Positions 29,761-45,290 of a DNA stretch of 64,000 nucleotides are shown here, in pieces. Each line of letters begins with the position of its first letter. The first letter of the stretch is position 1. The notes under the pieces were generated by a model. The model was not told the origin of the DNA, made no database searches, and saw nothing but the letters and a program-made list of their open reading frames with translations. This stretch comes from the human T2T-CHM13v2.0 reference genome, Homo sapiens, in the NCBI RefSeq assembly GCF_009914755.1, contig NC_060928.1; one strand, given 5' to 3'. Both the position numbers and the translations under genes were made by a program.

Positions 29761-32700
29761 ACAGAATGCAGCAGATCAGCCTAGTGGAACAGAAAGAAGG
29801 GATACTCAGGAATTAGACAGACCAGTGTCCAAGTCCCCATCTGTGAACATGGTGGAGGTGGTCCCAGAAGTTTTCCATAGGACAGACTCACAGCTGGCAA
29901 TTTGTTTGAGAGTGAAGAGACCTAAGGACTTGCCTTGGACTCACTTTAAATTTAAATTTATCCATTTGCTCATTTAGCAAATATTTTTTATAAATGCTTA
30001 CAATGTGTCAGACATTGTTCTAGGTGCTGGCACTGCAGAAGCAAGGACCTTTCTAAAGTGAAGGGAAGGAGGACAAGAAGTAAAGGAATATGTCATATCT
30101 CAGGTAGTGTTAAATACCATGAGGAGAAATAAATTCGGTGAGGGCTAAAGCGTGATGGAGGGGTACCATTTTGGATAGGCTGGTCAGGGAAGACATTTCT
30201 GAGGAGGGGACGTCTGAGCAGAGGCAAGAAGTAATCAAAGGAGAGTGCACAGGAAAATCAAGGGAAGAGCACTGCAGCCAGCAGGAGCAGCACGCACAAA
30301 GGCTCTGAGGTTCCAGCGTGCGGTGTGTTTGAGGGGCAGCAAGTGGGGAGAAGTTTGTGTAAATGGAGAAGAGGGAGTGAGGGGAGAAATGATGATGACA
30401 GAGTGGTCACATCTGTCATATGTCATGTGTCACGGCCCCAGGTACCGTGTAAGTCACCACAGTCTGGCTTGCTTTCTAGATATAGTGGGTTTTGAGCGGA
30501 GGGACAATATGATCTTGCTTCATTTGTCAAGGATCCCTTTGGCCTTTGGGTGGAGACTAAACTGTAGGAACCAGAGTGGAAACAGAGAAACCAGTTAGGG
30601 TTTAGTGTAGAGAATGAATAGAGCCTAGCTACTGTGGTGTTCATCTTGGTGATCAACGCACCAGCACAGCACAGATAACCCTGATTTTCAACAGCTAAGG
30701 ACAATAAGAACCTCTTGCCAGTTCATGCAAAGTCCAGTGTGCGTTTAATAGTTCTCTGCCATCTGGGGGAAGAAAGGACTGAAGATCTTTCTTCAGTGCT
30801 GCCATAACCAGGGATGCTGCCATAAACCAGGCCTCATGTGGCCTATCAGCACCTCTGTTCACATCCCATCCACCAAGCTGGCCAAGGACCCTTGTGGATG
30901 CACGAGGTGCAGGTGTTCTCTTCCAAATGAGGCATGAAAAGTAGTCAGATCCTGGGGATTCTTGGAAAGTTGGGTGGCCAGGAGGCACATCCAGGTGACT
31001 GTGTTGAGGAGAAGCCAGTGGGAATGTTTAGGAAGTGTCCCACCCCTGAAACTTGGATGTATTGGGTTCCCTCAGCCTCAGTTTCCTCGCCTTTAAAAGG
31101 GGGTTAGTGATAGCTGCCTTGCAATATTATAACAAGGATCCAGTGTGCACACAATTCTGAACCTGGGTCAAGTGCAGAGCTGGTGCCCAGAGGCGAGTTA
31201 TTTTCATTTTCGGCATTACAGAAAGTTTCCAAATATCTGAGGAGAGAGGAGCACTGAGCGTTTTTAAGGTTGAGGCTGGGTGGCAGCAGGGCCAACGGCA
31301 GCTACTGCATGGATTGTTCTAACAGTGCAAGCTGCCTGCCCTGAAGGTAAATGCCCACTGCCTGGAGTCTGTGCCCCGATCACCTGGGCCCCCAGTTATC
31401 TAACAGCTGGAAAGGCGAAGCTGGCTGGGCCGAGGACTTACAAGCCTGGGCCAGTGCTAAAGGCAGCACACCTTCCCATGGGGCAGCATCCACACACCAC
31501 CCCCTGGTGGCAGCCTTTGTTCATCATCTCTGTGAGCAGATACCCTCCCCGCACTCCAAAGCAGCACTAATATCTGCACCTCTTCTGTTCCAAGGGTTTC
31601 TTTCTCCTTCTCGAGAGCCCAGCACCCCAGGTGAAGCCTAGCTCTCACACCCTAAACCCCTGCCAGGCTTGGGTCCTTCCAGCCTGTGTTAGATTCCATT
31701 CCTTAGAGGCTCTGCTCTGTTCCTGGTCTCCCTGGTTCTGGGGCTGCCTCACTCACCCGTTTCTAAGCCCACTGCAAGGAGAAGAGAGAATTCGAGGTGA
31801 TCGCTGGACGCTGGGCTGAGCTCCTCCAGCATCACATCTCCTTTCATTTCGCAGCGACCTCACAAGGGGCTCGACACCAGCCCTTTACAGAGGCACCTAC
31901 ATGGTGCCTGGGATTCTCTGCAGGATTCTGAGCTGGGATTCTGTGCAGGCCTGCTCAGCTCACACTCAGGGCAGTTTCCACCTCGGAAGGGCCTCCCAGG
32001 GCGAGCCTTGGCCCTCAGCCTGCTCATAGCCTGGGTGGTGCTGGATCATGCTCCTGTTCTGGCCTCTGCAACCTTTCTGATCTGGCTTCAGCTCCCCTTT
32101 CCAGCCTCTACCTCTCCACCCCACTGGACCCCACATCCAGCTACCCTTAGGTCTCCACCATTCCCAGAAAGCCTTGAGCTCTCTCTTTCAAGCCCCAGTG
32201 AGGCCCCACTGACCTCCCCAGGTAGAATACAGTCCTTCAGCTGTCCTGTGGCTCCATGCAGCCTGCCTCACTGGTGATTATTTATTGAGCCTCTGTCACT
32301 GCTGCTGGTCTTGGGGCACCTCGAGGACATGGATGTGTGTCGTTTTCATCTTTCTACCCCAGATACAGCAAGGTCAACACCCAGGGAAGGGCACTGAAGG
32401 ATTGCCTGAACAGCTACCCCTCTCTTCTCACAAAGCAGCACAAGTAAACATAAAACATCAGGACCTTTAGGCAGAGCAGGAAGAGGTTACATGACCCCAA
32501 ACCCCATAGGGAGGGGAAGAGTTTGGGGAATGATTCTAGCTAATAATAAAGCTGTCTTCGGTTTCTCAGTTAGATCAGGTCCTTTATGAGAATTGCTCTA
32601 TGAGAACCCCGAGGGAGGGAGGGGTTGGGACAGGATTCAGACAATCACAGGTGCCTGCTTGTAACACGATGGCAGCATCATCCACCTTATGCTTGAGCCC

Positions 32701-33039
32701 CTAGGGTTGTTGCAGTGAAACCTTGCTCTGTCTTTTGGTTGGTAGATGGACAGGTAAGTAGCCCTGGGCTTGCTGTGGCTCCTCCCATCTCCCCTTGTTC
32801 CTCTTTGCCTTTATTGATCATGCCAAACTCCCCCCATGGCTGGACTGTTGGCGCCTGCCATTAGTGGTCAGGGGCAGGAAGGAGGGGCAGAGAGCATGGC
32901 ACGGATCTTGGATTCAGACAGACCTGGGTTTGAATTCCAACACTGCCACCTCCTGGCTGTGTGAACCTGGGCAAGTTGCTTAAACTGAGCTTCTGTTTCT
33001 TTGTTCATGAAATGAAGGTAACATCAGTAATTAACTACC

Positions 33040-33408
33040 TTGACCTGAATTGTGTCCCCTCCAAAAATGTTGCATGACATTTTTGTTGCAAGGATAGGGC
33101 ATGTTGAAGCCCTAACCCCGATGTGATGGTATTTGGAGATGAGGCCTTTGGGAGGTTACTGGGGTTAGCAGAGGTCATGGGGGCGGCCTCATGGTGGGAT
33201 GAGTATCTTGCTCCCTTGCACTCTTCCTCCCTCTGCCATGTACAGGCAGTGAGAAAGAGGCCGTCTGCAAGCCAGAAGGAAGGTCCTTGCCAGACAACGA
33301 ATCCACCGGCACTTTGATTTTGGATTTCCAGGTTGGAGAAGTATGGGAAAATAAATGTCTTGCTGAAGACCCCAGGCTGTGCTGTTTTGTTACAGCCAAA
33401 GACACTGA
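33040..33408 (+). mobile_element. MaLR LTR (MLT1A-like)
   Basis: gttgaagccctaaccccgatgtgatggtatttggagatgaggcctttgggagg...aaataaatgtc...ttttgttacagc. Confidence 0.8.
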
Positions 33409-35300
33409 CGTCTCTGTATTTCTGAGAATGGAATGCGCCTGGCATGCAGTACATTTTGGCAGAGTTGATGAGCTGGCCATCACAGTCTCTGCTCCTCTTC
33501 AAAGGCAGAGAGCACATGCTGGGAAGTAGCTACCCAACTGGGGATGACACTTCCCAGGCCGTGGATCTGGGCAGATGGCTCAGTCCTGGACTCAAGGCCT
33601 CCTCGGGGTGCTTGCTCTGGGCTCCTCTAAAGTATGCATGACGAGCCGTGGTCTCGAGGTTCAAAGGACACCAGGCTAAAAAGCGCCTTGTGATGTCTCA
33701 AGACTGAACACCTTGCTGCGCATACTGGCCACAGAGGTAGAGCTCCGATATCCCAAACAAGAAGTCCCATGGCCTAACACTGCCTGGCACAGAAAGGATC
33801 TGTTTTAAAAATGACTGAAAATGTGTCTGATGCCTGGGAAACCAGAAGCCCGCCCAGGGCCAAACTCTGGCTCCACTCATTATGTGACTGTGGGAAAGTC
33901 AGTGAACAGTGTGCCTCAGTTTCGTCATCTGTAAAATGGGGATAATGATGATCCATACCTCACAGGGCTGTCATGAGGGTGCACTGAGCTGATTAACGCA
34001 TGAAAAGTACATGGAGGAGGGCCAGCACCTCATGAGGGCTTTTTCCATCTGTGCTCTTACTGATGCTGCCATAATATGTGTCACTCATCTTAAGAACGGT
34101 AAAGGCCACCCTGGCTGTGTAGATCTTCAGAAATCTCCTTTCCCGAAACGGAGGGAGGGCACGTTAAACTCTCTCTGTTTGGCTTACCATGGTCTTTCCC
34201 ATTAAATACCTCTAAGCTCTGGCCCCTCCTGTCCTTCTCACTGACACCAAAGTTGTTTTTCTAAAAAACAGTGAGCATATTAAATAAGTAAATAAATAAG
34301 GAGGCACGTGTTCTCAGGACCTCCTGAGGGTGTGTCATGGTTAAAGAAAAATAAATTTTAATTAAAAAAATGTGAGTTGCAAACCCCCACCCCCATGAAT
34401 CTGCCATGGCTCCCTACTGCCCAAGACTAAAATCCTACTCCTCAGCCTAAGATCTTAGGCCCTCTTCTTTTGACTCCATCCTGCTTTTCCACCTCTTCTT
34501 TCATCCCAGCTCTGCATTCCCCCTAGGTACTGGCACATCACACGCTACTAACTTCCTAATATGCCACCATGTGGGCACAGCCAGGCCTCTGTGTGTGTGC
34601 TTCAGCTCCCCACCTCCCTTTGACACCTGTGGAAATTCTACACATCCCTCATGACTCAGCTCAAATACCACCTCCTCCAGGCTGTCTTCCCTGATCCCCA
34701 GAGTTGGATACATTATAAACTCTCAACAATGCTTGCTGAATGAATAAGTGAGTAATGGGATTCCTCCGTCCTCATGTTCCCATAGTCAGTGCTTGAACCC
34801 ATATCATTCTATCCCAGGTGTAAGTTTCACATAACTCTGCTCCACAAGCCATGAGTGCAAAGGTTCTCCCCCACCTCTCACCTGGATGTTTTGATGAACT
34901 TTCAAGATGAAGCAAGAGTCCAAATTCCTAGCCCTCTTTCAAAGACAAATATCGACAAGCCAGATCCCCATCTTGGAATGACGTCACAATGACAAAATCA
35001 AAGATCACTGACTGTTGGCAGTGCTTACTGAAGCCATCTAGGCCCCCTGGTTTTCAAACAGTTTTTAGCAACAGAAATCAACAATGTCAAATAATTAACA
35101 GACTTTTTAAACATAGAACTGACCTGCGCAAATAGTGCTTAGATCCGTGAGGCACCTCTGCAAAATTCCAGGGCTCATGGGAACCTTTGAAACTCACTGA
35201 CCCAGGCTTCCCCTATGTTTTGTACACAAGGATGCTGGACTCCCAAGCAAGGAAAAGCCTGGAAGGCACCCAGGGCTGTCCTCAGCCTGCTTCCTGTCTG

Positions 35301-35507
35301 CCCCCAAAACAGCTTGTGCTCCAAGAACCTGGAGCTCCCCGCATTTCCCCAGATGTGTCCTACATCCGTGTCCCCAAAACGGCCTGTGCTCCAAGAACCT
35401 GGAGCTCCCCGCATTTCCCCAGATGTGTCCTATATCCGTGTCTCCAAAACGGCCTGTGCTCCAAGAACCTGGAGCTCCCCGCATTTCCCCAGATGTGTCC
35501 TACATCC
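35301..35507. repeat. 70-bp tandem repeat (~3 copies), candidate VNTR
   Basis: ccaagaacctggagctccccgcatttccccagatgtgtcc recurs at 35321, 35391 and 35461 (period 70); units are nearly identical. Confidence 0.95.
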
Positions 35508-35830
35508 CGGCCCCCCATCCATCACTCCACCTTCCAAACTTAGTCAGGCATCACTTCCTGCAGGAAAGCTTCCCTCAAGCCTCCAACCTGCCCTTGCCTG
35601 TGGGTGGTGGTAGGTCAAAGCGAAAGCCAGCACCCACAGGATAGCATCTAAACCTTACAGCCTAGGTAGGCAGTACCCAACCTTTAACTGCAAACCAGAG
35701 GCACAATGTGAAGAGGGCCTGGGAGAATTGCACCTGGATCTGATTTCAGAGTAAAACACAAGCCAAAGATGGGTCTTATCCAGCAGATACCTGAGTGGCC
35801 TCTGGTTGTAATTTAAAGTCAACAACATCA

Positions 35831-36177
<347 letters not shown>

Positions 36178-36239
36178 TCAAGAAAATGTCCAAGTTTCCA
36201 TGCATAAGGCCCCTCCTGGTTCTTTCCCCGGCATTAGGG

Positions 36240-37020
<781 letters not shown>

Positions 37021-37602
37021 TGATTCTAAGCACTTTTCTGCGCATTGTCTCTGAGTCCTTAGATCAGTGCTGTTATGTCCTGTATTACAGGTGAGGAAAG
37101 AGGGGCAGGGAGCGTGGCTGGTGCTGTCTAGGATGGGGACTGAAGTCCAGGTGGCCTGGCTGCAGTGCCCCTCTAGTCACCACTGCACTGTCCCCTGCTG
37201 ACCCGTCACCTGAGTGCCGTTGTCCAAGGGCCTGAGACTGCCGACAGCCAGACAGATGTGCACACACGCTTACATGCACATACTGTTCCAGTCTGAGGCG
37301 TCAAACTACAGGGGCTGGTCCAAGCCTCAGGACAAGGACCTGCAGACGTAGAGATGCAAGGTTTGGCACAGAGAACAGGGCGCCTGCCTTGGTGTTGTCC
37401 TGCCCTGCAGCCCCATCTAAGGACAGCCACCACCAGTACAGGGCCATAGGGCAGAAACACCTGGATCCCTGGCAAAGGCTGACAAGCTGGCATGAGCCAG
37501 GGCAGGAGGGATGGCTGTCCTCAGCTGGTCAGGGAATACAGGCCAAGTGGACAGGGGCCAGGTGCTCCGGAAGGCACCTTCTTTGCCATCATTTGACATA
37601 TT

Positions 37603-37607
<5 letters not shown>

Positions 37608-37647
<40 letters not shown>
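37608..37647. repeat. (GT)~20 microsatellite in long-isoform intron 1
   Basis: Uninterrupted GT run. Confidence 0.95.
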
Positions 37648-37648
<1 letters not shown>

Positions 37649-38754
37649 GTAGGCGCCAGGCCCTGACAAAGCTGTGGGGGTGCAACAGTGAAGAAGACAT
37701 ATGGATCCATGGTTCAGGGACCCATATCAGTCAAATCCCGTCTGGAAGGGAATGCGGGTCTCTTGATGGCCACTTACCTGCTCTGCCAATCTCGTTTGTC
37801 TCCTCTAGTGCCACCAGCCACGAGATAGAGCTTTGGGGCTTTGAGCCAAGTGATATCAGCTTTACCTCCAGGGCCAGTCCCCTCAGCTGTAGGAGTCTGA
37901 GCAAGTGACTTGACTTTTCTGGGGCTCAGCTTGCCCACCTGTGAAATGGGATCTTAATAGCAGCACTGGCCACATATGTTGTTGAGGAGCCTGCTGCAGA
38001 GGAGGTGCTCCGTAGAGGCTGCTGATCACATGCGGGGGCAAGAGGGAACATTTATAAGCCTTGGGGATGGGTGCTGCCAATTGAAATGTAGTACCAGAAT
38101 ATTTTTCTGCAGTGAGAGGAGCTTGAGCTGAATGGGGATCCCTGATGGAACAGAATCACATTTCAGATGAAACGCCTGTTCTCTATCACTCTTTCTCTTT
38201 AAACCTATCCTCTGAGTCTCGGCACAGATACCACTTCTTCTGAGCCCCTGGGCTGTGCTGGGCATCGTTTCTGTGCTCTGTGCCTTCTTTGCTCCCAGCC
38301 CCGATGACCTTAGAGGACACAAACTCCTCCCTGGTCTGCACCCCATCAGATTGGGAGCACCTGGTGTGAAGTGCCCCTGCCAGAGGCTGGTGAAGGGCAG
38401 GTGGGGGCCATCTTCTCCTGCCTCAGCTGTGCTCCCCGGAGCCCCCTGCCTGTGTGGCCCGCCTGTGCCCTCCACCCGCTCCCCACTCACTGCACGGGCA
38501 GAGGGTGCCCACTGACCGACGGTGCTGCTGCCCGTGCCATGCCCTGGGGAGGGTGAGAAGAGGGACACCACCATGCAAGTGCGGGGCAGGGCAGCCTGCC
38601 ACCATAGCCTCATTCCATGTACACACCCAGTCTACCAGAGACGCTGTTGGCCCAGTCAGCTGGGGCTTGGAGAGAGCATGCCAAAGTCACACAGATGGAG
38701 AAGTGCAACTCAAACTGAGGCCTCCCTGCCTCAAAGCCCCAGATCCCCCAGCTA

Positions 38755-39160
<406 letters not shown>

Positions 39161-39416
39161 TTTTTTTCTCTGCTCCTAAGTTATTACAGCAATGAAACAG
39201 TCCAAAAAGGGAAATCTGTCCTCTCCAGGATTGCCACCCAGGGGGTGGAATTTTTTTTTTTTTTCTTAGCATCTTTTTATTTTTCTCTGGTAACAAAGCC
39301 TGGAGCAGGGTGACTGCCATTAACCTAGGATACCTCCCTAATGCTTGGAACAGAATGGAGAGGTGGCTGACTTTGACTCAGAAGCCTGCATACAGCTCTG
39401 CCCCTGACTCTTCCAC

Positions 39417-39712
39417 TTTTTTTTTTTTTTTTTGACCGAATCTTGCTCTGTTGCCCGGGCTGGAGTGCACTGATGCAATCTCTGCTCACTGCAACCTCCG
39501 CACCTGGGTTCAAGCAATTCTCCTGCCTCAGCCTCCCAAGTAGCTGGAACTATAGGCGTGTGCCACCACGCCTGGCTGATTTTTGTATTTTTAGTAGAGA
39601 CTGTGTTTCACCATGTTGGCCAGGCTGGTCTTGACCTCCTTACCTCAGGTGATCTGCCCACCTCAGCCTCCCAAAGTGCTGGAATTAGAGGCGTAAGCCA
39701 CCATGTCTGGCC
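39417..39712 (-). mobile_element. AluS just upstream of the long-isoform promoter
   Basis: Antisense Alu with poly-T; TSD-like actc(t/c)tccactttt on both sides. Confidence 0.93.
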
Positions 39713-41837
39713 AACTCCTCCACTTTTTAACTGTGTGTCCTCAGGCAAGTCACTTTATTCTCTGAGCTGCAACTTCTACCACTGCAAAATGGAATATTGA
39801 CCCCACTCTGACTGTCCTGCAGACTTATTCTGAAGCTCAAATAGAAAACAGCCAGCCCCAAGTGGCGTGCTGTAAATGAGTGTGGGCTGTCCTGTAGCCT
39901 AGAACAAAGGCGAGGGCTGTGGGTTTGGAAGAAAAAGAATTTGCCTCTTAGTCGTTACTCTGTCCTGCTCATTCAGCACTGGCTGAGGGGACATGTCCTG
40001 TATTCCAGCCCCAGGCTGGCTCAAGGACAGTACTGAGAAGGCAAGGGCCTCATGCACACCAGGAGGTTGTGGGAATCAGTTCATCACATGGCCATGTTGC
40101 CTCAGACGCCAGAGAAGCACCTTCAATTTTGGCTAGAACAGTTTGCTCCCAGAAGCAGAGAGCAGTGCAGAGTCTGGGCCAGAGCCAGGGACAGGCTTGG
40201 TGAATGCAGAACGTCCAGGAGGCAAGGTAGGGCTCAGTCCACAAAAGAGAGACCGAAAAGTTAGCAAAGTACGTTTAGTAAAAAGCACACAATAAAATAA
40301 AAGGTGTGGAGTACGGCAGACATTCCAGGAACCTGGAATGTGAAACGCACGTGGAAACGTCCGGCCCTGACATGCACGGTGGTGGGAATGTGGCTGCTCA
40401 AAGCAAGTGGGGAATCAAGACTTCCAAAGAGGAAAACCACCCTCAGGAGTTAGGTTGGGGATGTATTGAGCACGCCAGTCATTCAGTGCAATCGTCCTTC
40501 TGTGTGTTAATCAGTCAGGCATGCCCCGGGAGAAGTGGCTGTTTCTTGAACTGGATTTCAGCTATGCAGCCTGGTTTCCTCATTGAGTGGTGGGCCTAGA
40601 GCAGCATTCTGATGTGCAAATCCTTAATTATAACATGACCTAAAAAGGCGGAGGATTCCCCAGGACAGTGTGGAGGAGGCACCACATCAATCTCAGCTGG
40701 ATCTTGGAGACCCCGCTGGAAGAGGCGGCTTCTGAGCGGACAGAGAAGGATACGGGGTGAGAGGACAAGGAGCCAAGGCCTGCAGGCACAGATGCCTGCA
40801 GTGTGTGGGAGGAAGTGAAATTGTCAGTGAAGCATGGTTGGGGCCTGAAGTACAGGAGATGGGCAGAGGAGGGGCAGGGACAGCTGCATCCCTGTGCATG
40901 GAGGGCCCCTCTGCCCCTATGCTGTCCTGATAGGGACTGCATTTTCATCATCTCATTTACCCCTCCTCATCCCATTGCTGTGACTCCCCTCTCTATACCC
41001 TCCCTGTTTCCTCATCTGTAACAGTGGGGACCTCACCAGATTTTGCTAAAGCTCAAATTGGATCAGGTGTCCCCTCATCCCGTTAAAAATTGCTTCGTAG
41101 TCCTCTGTTGGGTTTGAAAACTCAAAAGGAACCAGAAATTAGGCAGTGGACATGAATGTGCAGCTACAGCTGGACAGAAAGTAAAAGAGCGGAGATGGGT
41201 CCCTCCCGGATCCAGATGGTAGCTAACCAGGGTTCCTGGTAGCCACAGCACTTGCCTCACCTTCAGCTCATACTACATGTGCACAGCTCATGTTACATGT
41301 GCACAGGGCTTTCCCAAGTGTGTTCACCTTCATGATATCGTTTAGTCCTCAGAGGAACTATCAGACCTACATTTCGGGGCAACTGAAGTTCAGGGGGAGC
41401 ATGGAGGAGCCTGCCTCCAAAGCGAGGGCTGGTTCCCCATTCCACAGGGCCATCGGCCCTGCACTGCAGGCAACTGCTAAGGAAGCGACTCCTATCACAG
41501 ATGAAGTCATAAGACAAACATCCCCAGATGTTCTGGGCTGGGGCACGTTCTGCCTGCTCTGACACTCACTGGTTCCTTCATTCAGTCATTACTTGCCTGT
41601 CTTTATGAAGCTCCTACTCATTCAGGTTCTCCTGACCTTGCTCAGGCCCTCACTTCTGACTGCCCTGAACTGTGCTCACCCTTCAGCACTTAACTCTCTC
41701 GCCACCTCCTCCCAGCAGCCTCCCCAACCTCTCGCTGCCTCTGTGCTCCATGTGTGCCTTCCCCTCTGCACGTGTGCTGCTGCTCACGTGTGCCTTCCCC
41801 TCTGCACGGGAGCTCACTGTGGGCAGGGATGGTGTGC

Positions 41838-42218
41838 GTCTCAATGGGCTGATTGTGTCCCCTCAGATTCACATGTTGAAGTCCTCACCCCAAGTACCTG
41901 ACAATGTGACTGTATTTGGAGATAGGGTTTTTGAAGAGGTAATTAAGGTTAAATGAAGTCATATGCATGGGGCTGTATTCCAGTATGCCTGGTGTCCTTA
42001 TAGGAAGAGGAAATGAGGACACAGACACACACAGAGGGATGACCACGTGAGGACGCAGGGAGAAGGCAGCCACTTCTGCCAAGAAGGGAGGCTTCAGAAG
42101 GAACTAACCTGCTGACACTCTGAGCTTGGACTTCTGGTTTCTAAGACTGTGAGACAATACATTTCTGTTGTTTAAGCTGCCCAGTCTATGGGACTTTGTC
42201 TTGGCAGCCCCAGCAAAC
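41838..42218 (+). mobile_element. MaLR LTR (MLT1B-like)
   Basis: attgtgtcccctcagattcacatgttgaagtcctcacccc...tttctgttgtttaagctgcccagtctatgg. Confidence 0.85.
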
Positions 42219-43476
42219 CCACAGTGTCCTAAGCCTCTTTGTATTCCTAGACTTCCTTCAGCCTGGCTCAGGGACAGGGTCCAGTAGATAGGCATCACTT
42301 CTGGAACTGACCTTAAACTGTCCTCCGGATGATTTCCTAAGGCTAAAAAGTTGTCTTGGACAAGGTGGAAGTTTTCTAGCAGGGAAGAGTTGGAAAAGAA
42401 GGGGGGTTTTCTATTGAGTATCATTTAAGCAGAATGTTTGAAATGACTACATCCCTTCCTTCATTACACCAAATACTTAGACAGTAGATCCTTGACTCAC
42501 CTAATGTAAGCACCAAGAAAAGATATAGCGTCCACTTAGAGGGAACTGCTGTCTATTTGACATTATTCTTGCGTGGGGTCTTGGGTAACCTCAAACAGGT
42601 GACTGCACCCTTATCCTCCATTTCACACCTCTGTGGGGACAATGATGTTCAGCTTGCCAATTTCACACCTTCTTGACAACTTGGTAAATGGACTTGTGTT
42701 GATCTCTGTCCTACCAAATACAGGTTTATTATAAATACAAATAAATTTTCCCTGGAGTCACAGTAGCTTCCACACCCATCACGGGAGGTGAGGCACAGAT
42801 AATCCAAGGTTTAAGAAGGGCTCAAACCTGTACTAGCCACATAGCCTTGGACAAGTGGCTTCATCCCTTTCTGAGCCTCAGTTCATCGCCTGTAAAATAG
42901 GGCCAGTGATGCCTTCAGCATGGTTTGATCCAGAGAGAACCATGTAAAGAGTCTCTCTTTAAATGAGAGCCCTATGTAAAGGTCCAGCACAGAGTAGGCA
43001 CTCTCTGGCTGTTGGTTCTTGAATCAGGTTTAAAAAGAGCATCTGATGAGTCCCAAGAAGAAAGAAAGTCATTCTATTAATAGGAGCTGAGGACTTCCTG
43101 GAGGAAGGGTCAGGTCGACTAAGCTTTGTGATGGATTAAGGGGTGGGTTTTAGTGTATCTTTAACGATGATGACATAATCATTGTCAACATCAATGTCCC
43201 CTTGTTGAGAAATGACCTTTGTAATGGAGACTTTTGCCCCAAGCCCAGAAAGTCACCAGCAGATCAGGACTGTCAATTTCACTCTTCTGAGCCTCATCCC
43301 AGAGACTCTACAATCCCCATGGCTCCTTCCCATAGAACTTGGCTTTCAGCTGCTGCTCACTCTTTTCTCTGCCCAGCTTCACCTTAACAGCCTCCCACTG
43401 ACCCAGGGGAAAGGGGTACTACCCCCTGGGTGACCGGAATAATCATGTAAGGGAGACAGAAAAAAAAAGGACTGAC

Positions 43477-43539
43477 CAATTTCTTTTTCGTTGAATCACT
43501 TTCTTCATCTTCTCCTCGGTCCTTTTTACTGAGCTTCAT
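43477..43539 (-). CDS. SLC2A9: SLC2A9 short isoform (GLUT9S/GLUT9b/GLUT9deltaN) alternative N-terminal coding segment, aa 1-21
   Basis: ATG at 43539-43537 gives MKLSKKDRGEDEESDSTKKKL, then donor TTG|GTCAGT. 63 nt, phase 0, so it joins DWSCSLL in frame. The whole exon is 43477-43579, with acceptor ctttctttctctctttctCAG and 40 nt of 5'UTR. Too short to appear in the ORF track. Confidence 0.95.
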
Positions 43540-43924
43540 GGTTCACTTTTCAGGTTTTGAACTTTTGTTGTTATTGTTTCTGAGAAAGAGAGAAAGAAAG
43601 AAGCCATTAGACAGCTGCTTTCTCAGATGTGCAAGTCAGGGGAGGTGGCCTGGAGCAGTCTTCGAAAGGTTTGCTGTGAGGAGCTCTGGCTGAGATGCCA
43701 GGATAGGACACAGCAGCATCCTCGCTTGGGCATCTCCCTGCTCTCCTCTGTCCTCAGTTTCTCTATTTTTGAGTGCAGGGCTTCCCACACTTGCCTTGTT
43801 GATTATTAAATACAGGCAATGATCCCATTCCTCTTCTGCATCATCAATTTATCTCTCTGTGTTGGATCTCCCCGGGCTATGTACAAAAATGTCCTAGTGT
43901 CACCCATATTTTTTTTTAAAAAAT

Positions 43925-44930
<1,006 letters not shown>

Positions 44931-45290
44931 ACGTGTCTTTGATCCCGTCGCCTCCTGTTTACCACCCCATTTTCCTGCTCCCTGTTACAGCAAAACGATC
45001 CCAAAGAGAACTCACTTCCCCAGCTTCCATTCTCCCCTCAGCACCGCACCATTAAAATTGATCTGAATGAGCTCATCAACAAGCCACATCTTGCCAGAAC
45101 CAACAGTCAATTTCCTACAACCTCCCGGCATCTTCAGTGAGGTTGACCTCTCCTCTTGGTGGTGCGGTGGTGCCATGGAGCTTCTGTCACAGTGGTGGCA
45201 GCTTCTGTTGCAGTGGTGGCAGCCTCCTGAGTCTGGAGCATTGGGGCCGAGTGTCCTTTGGTAATGGGGGTAGAACTGCCTACCCAGGCA

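Noticed and set aside
35301-35507. CRISPR-like array
   Set aside because: Units are contiguous with no unique spacers, there are no cas genes, and the context is a human intron; it is a minisatellite.
38026-38613. 195-aa minus-strand ORF in long-isoform intron 1
   Set aside because: No ATG start, no family resemblance, GC-rich intron; consistent with chance.
41750-41810. ~36-bp tandem duplication (gtgtgccttcccctctgcacg x2)
   Set aside because: Real but tiny slippage-type duplication with no sign of function.
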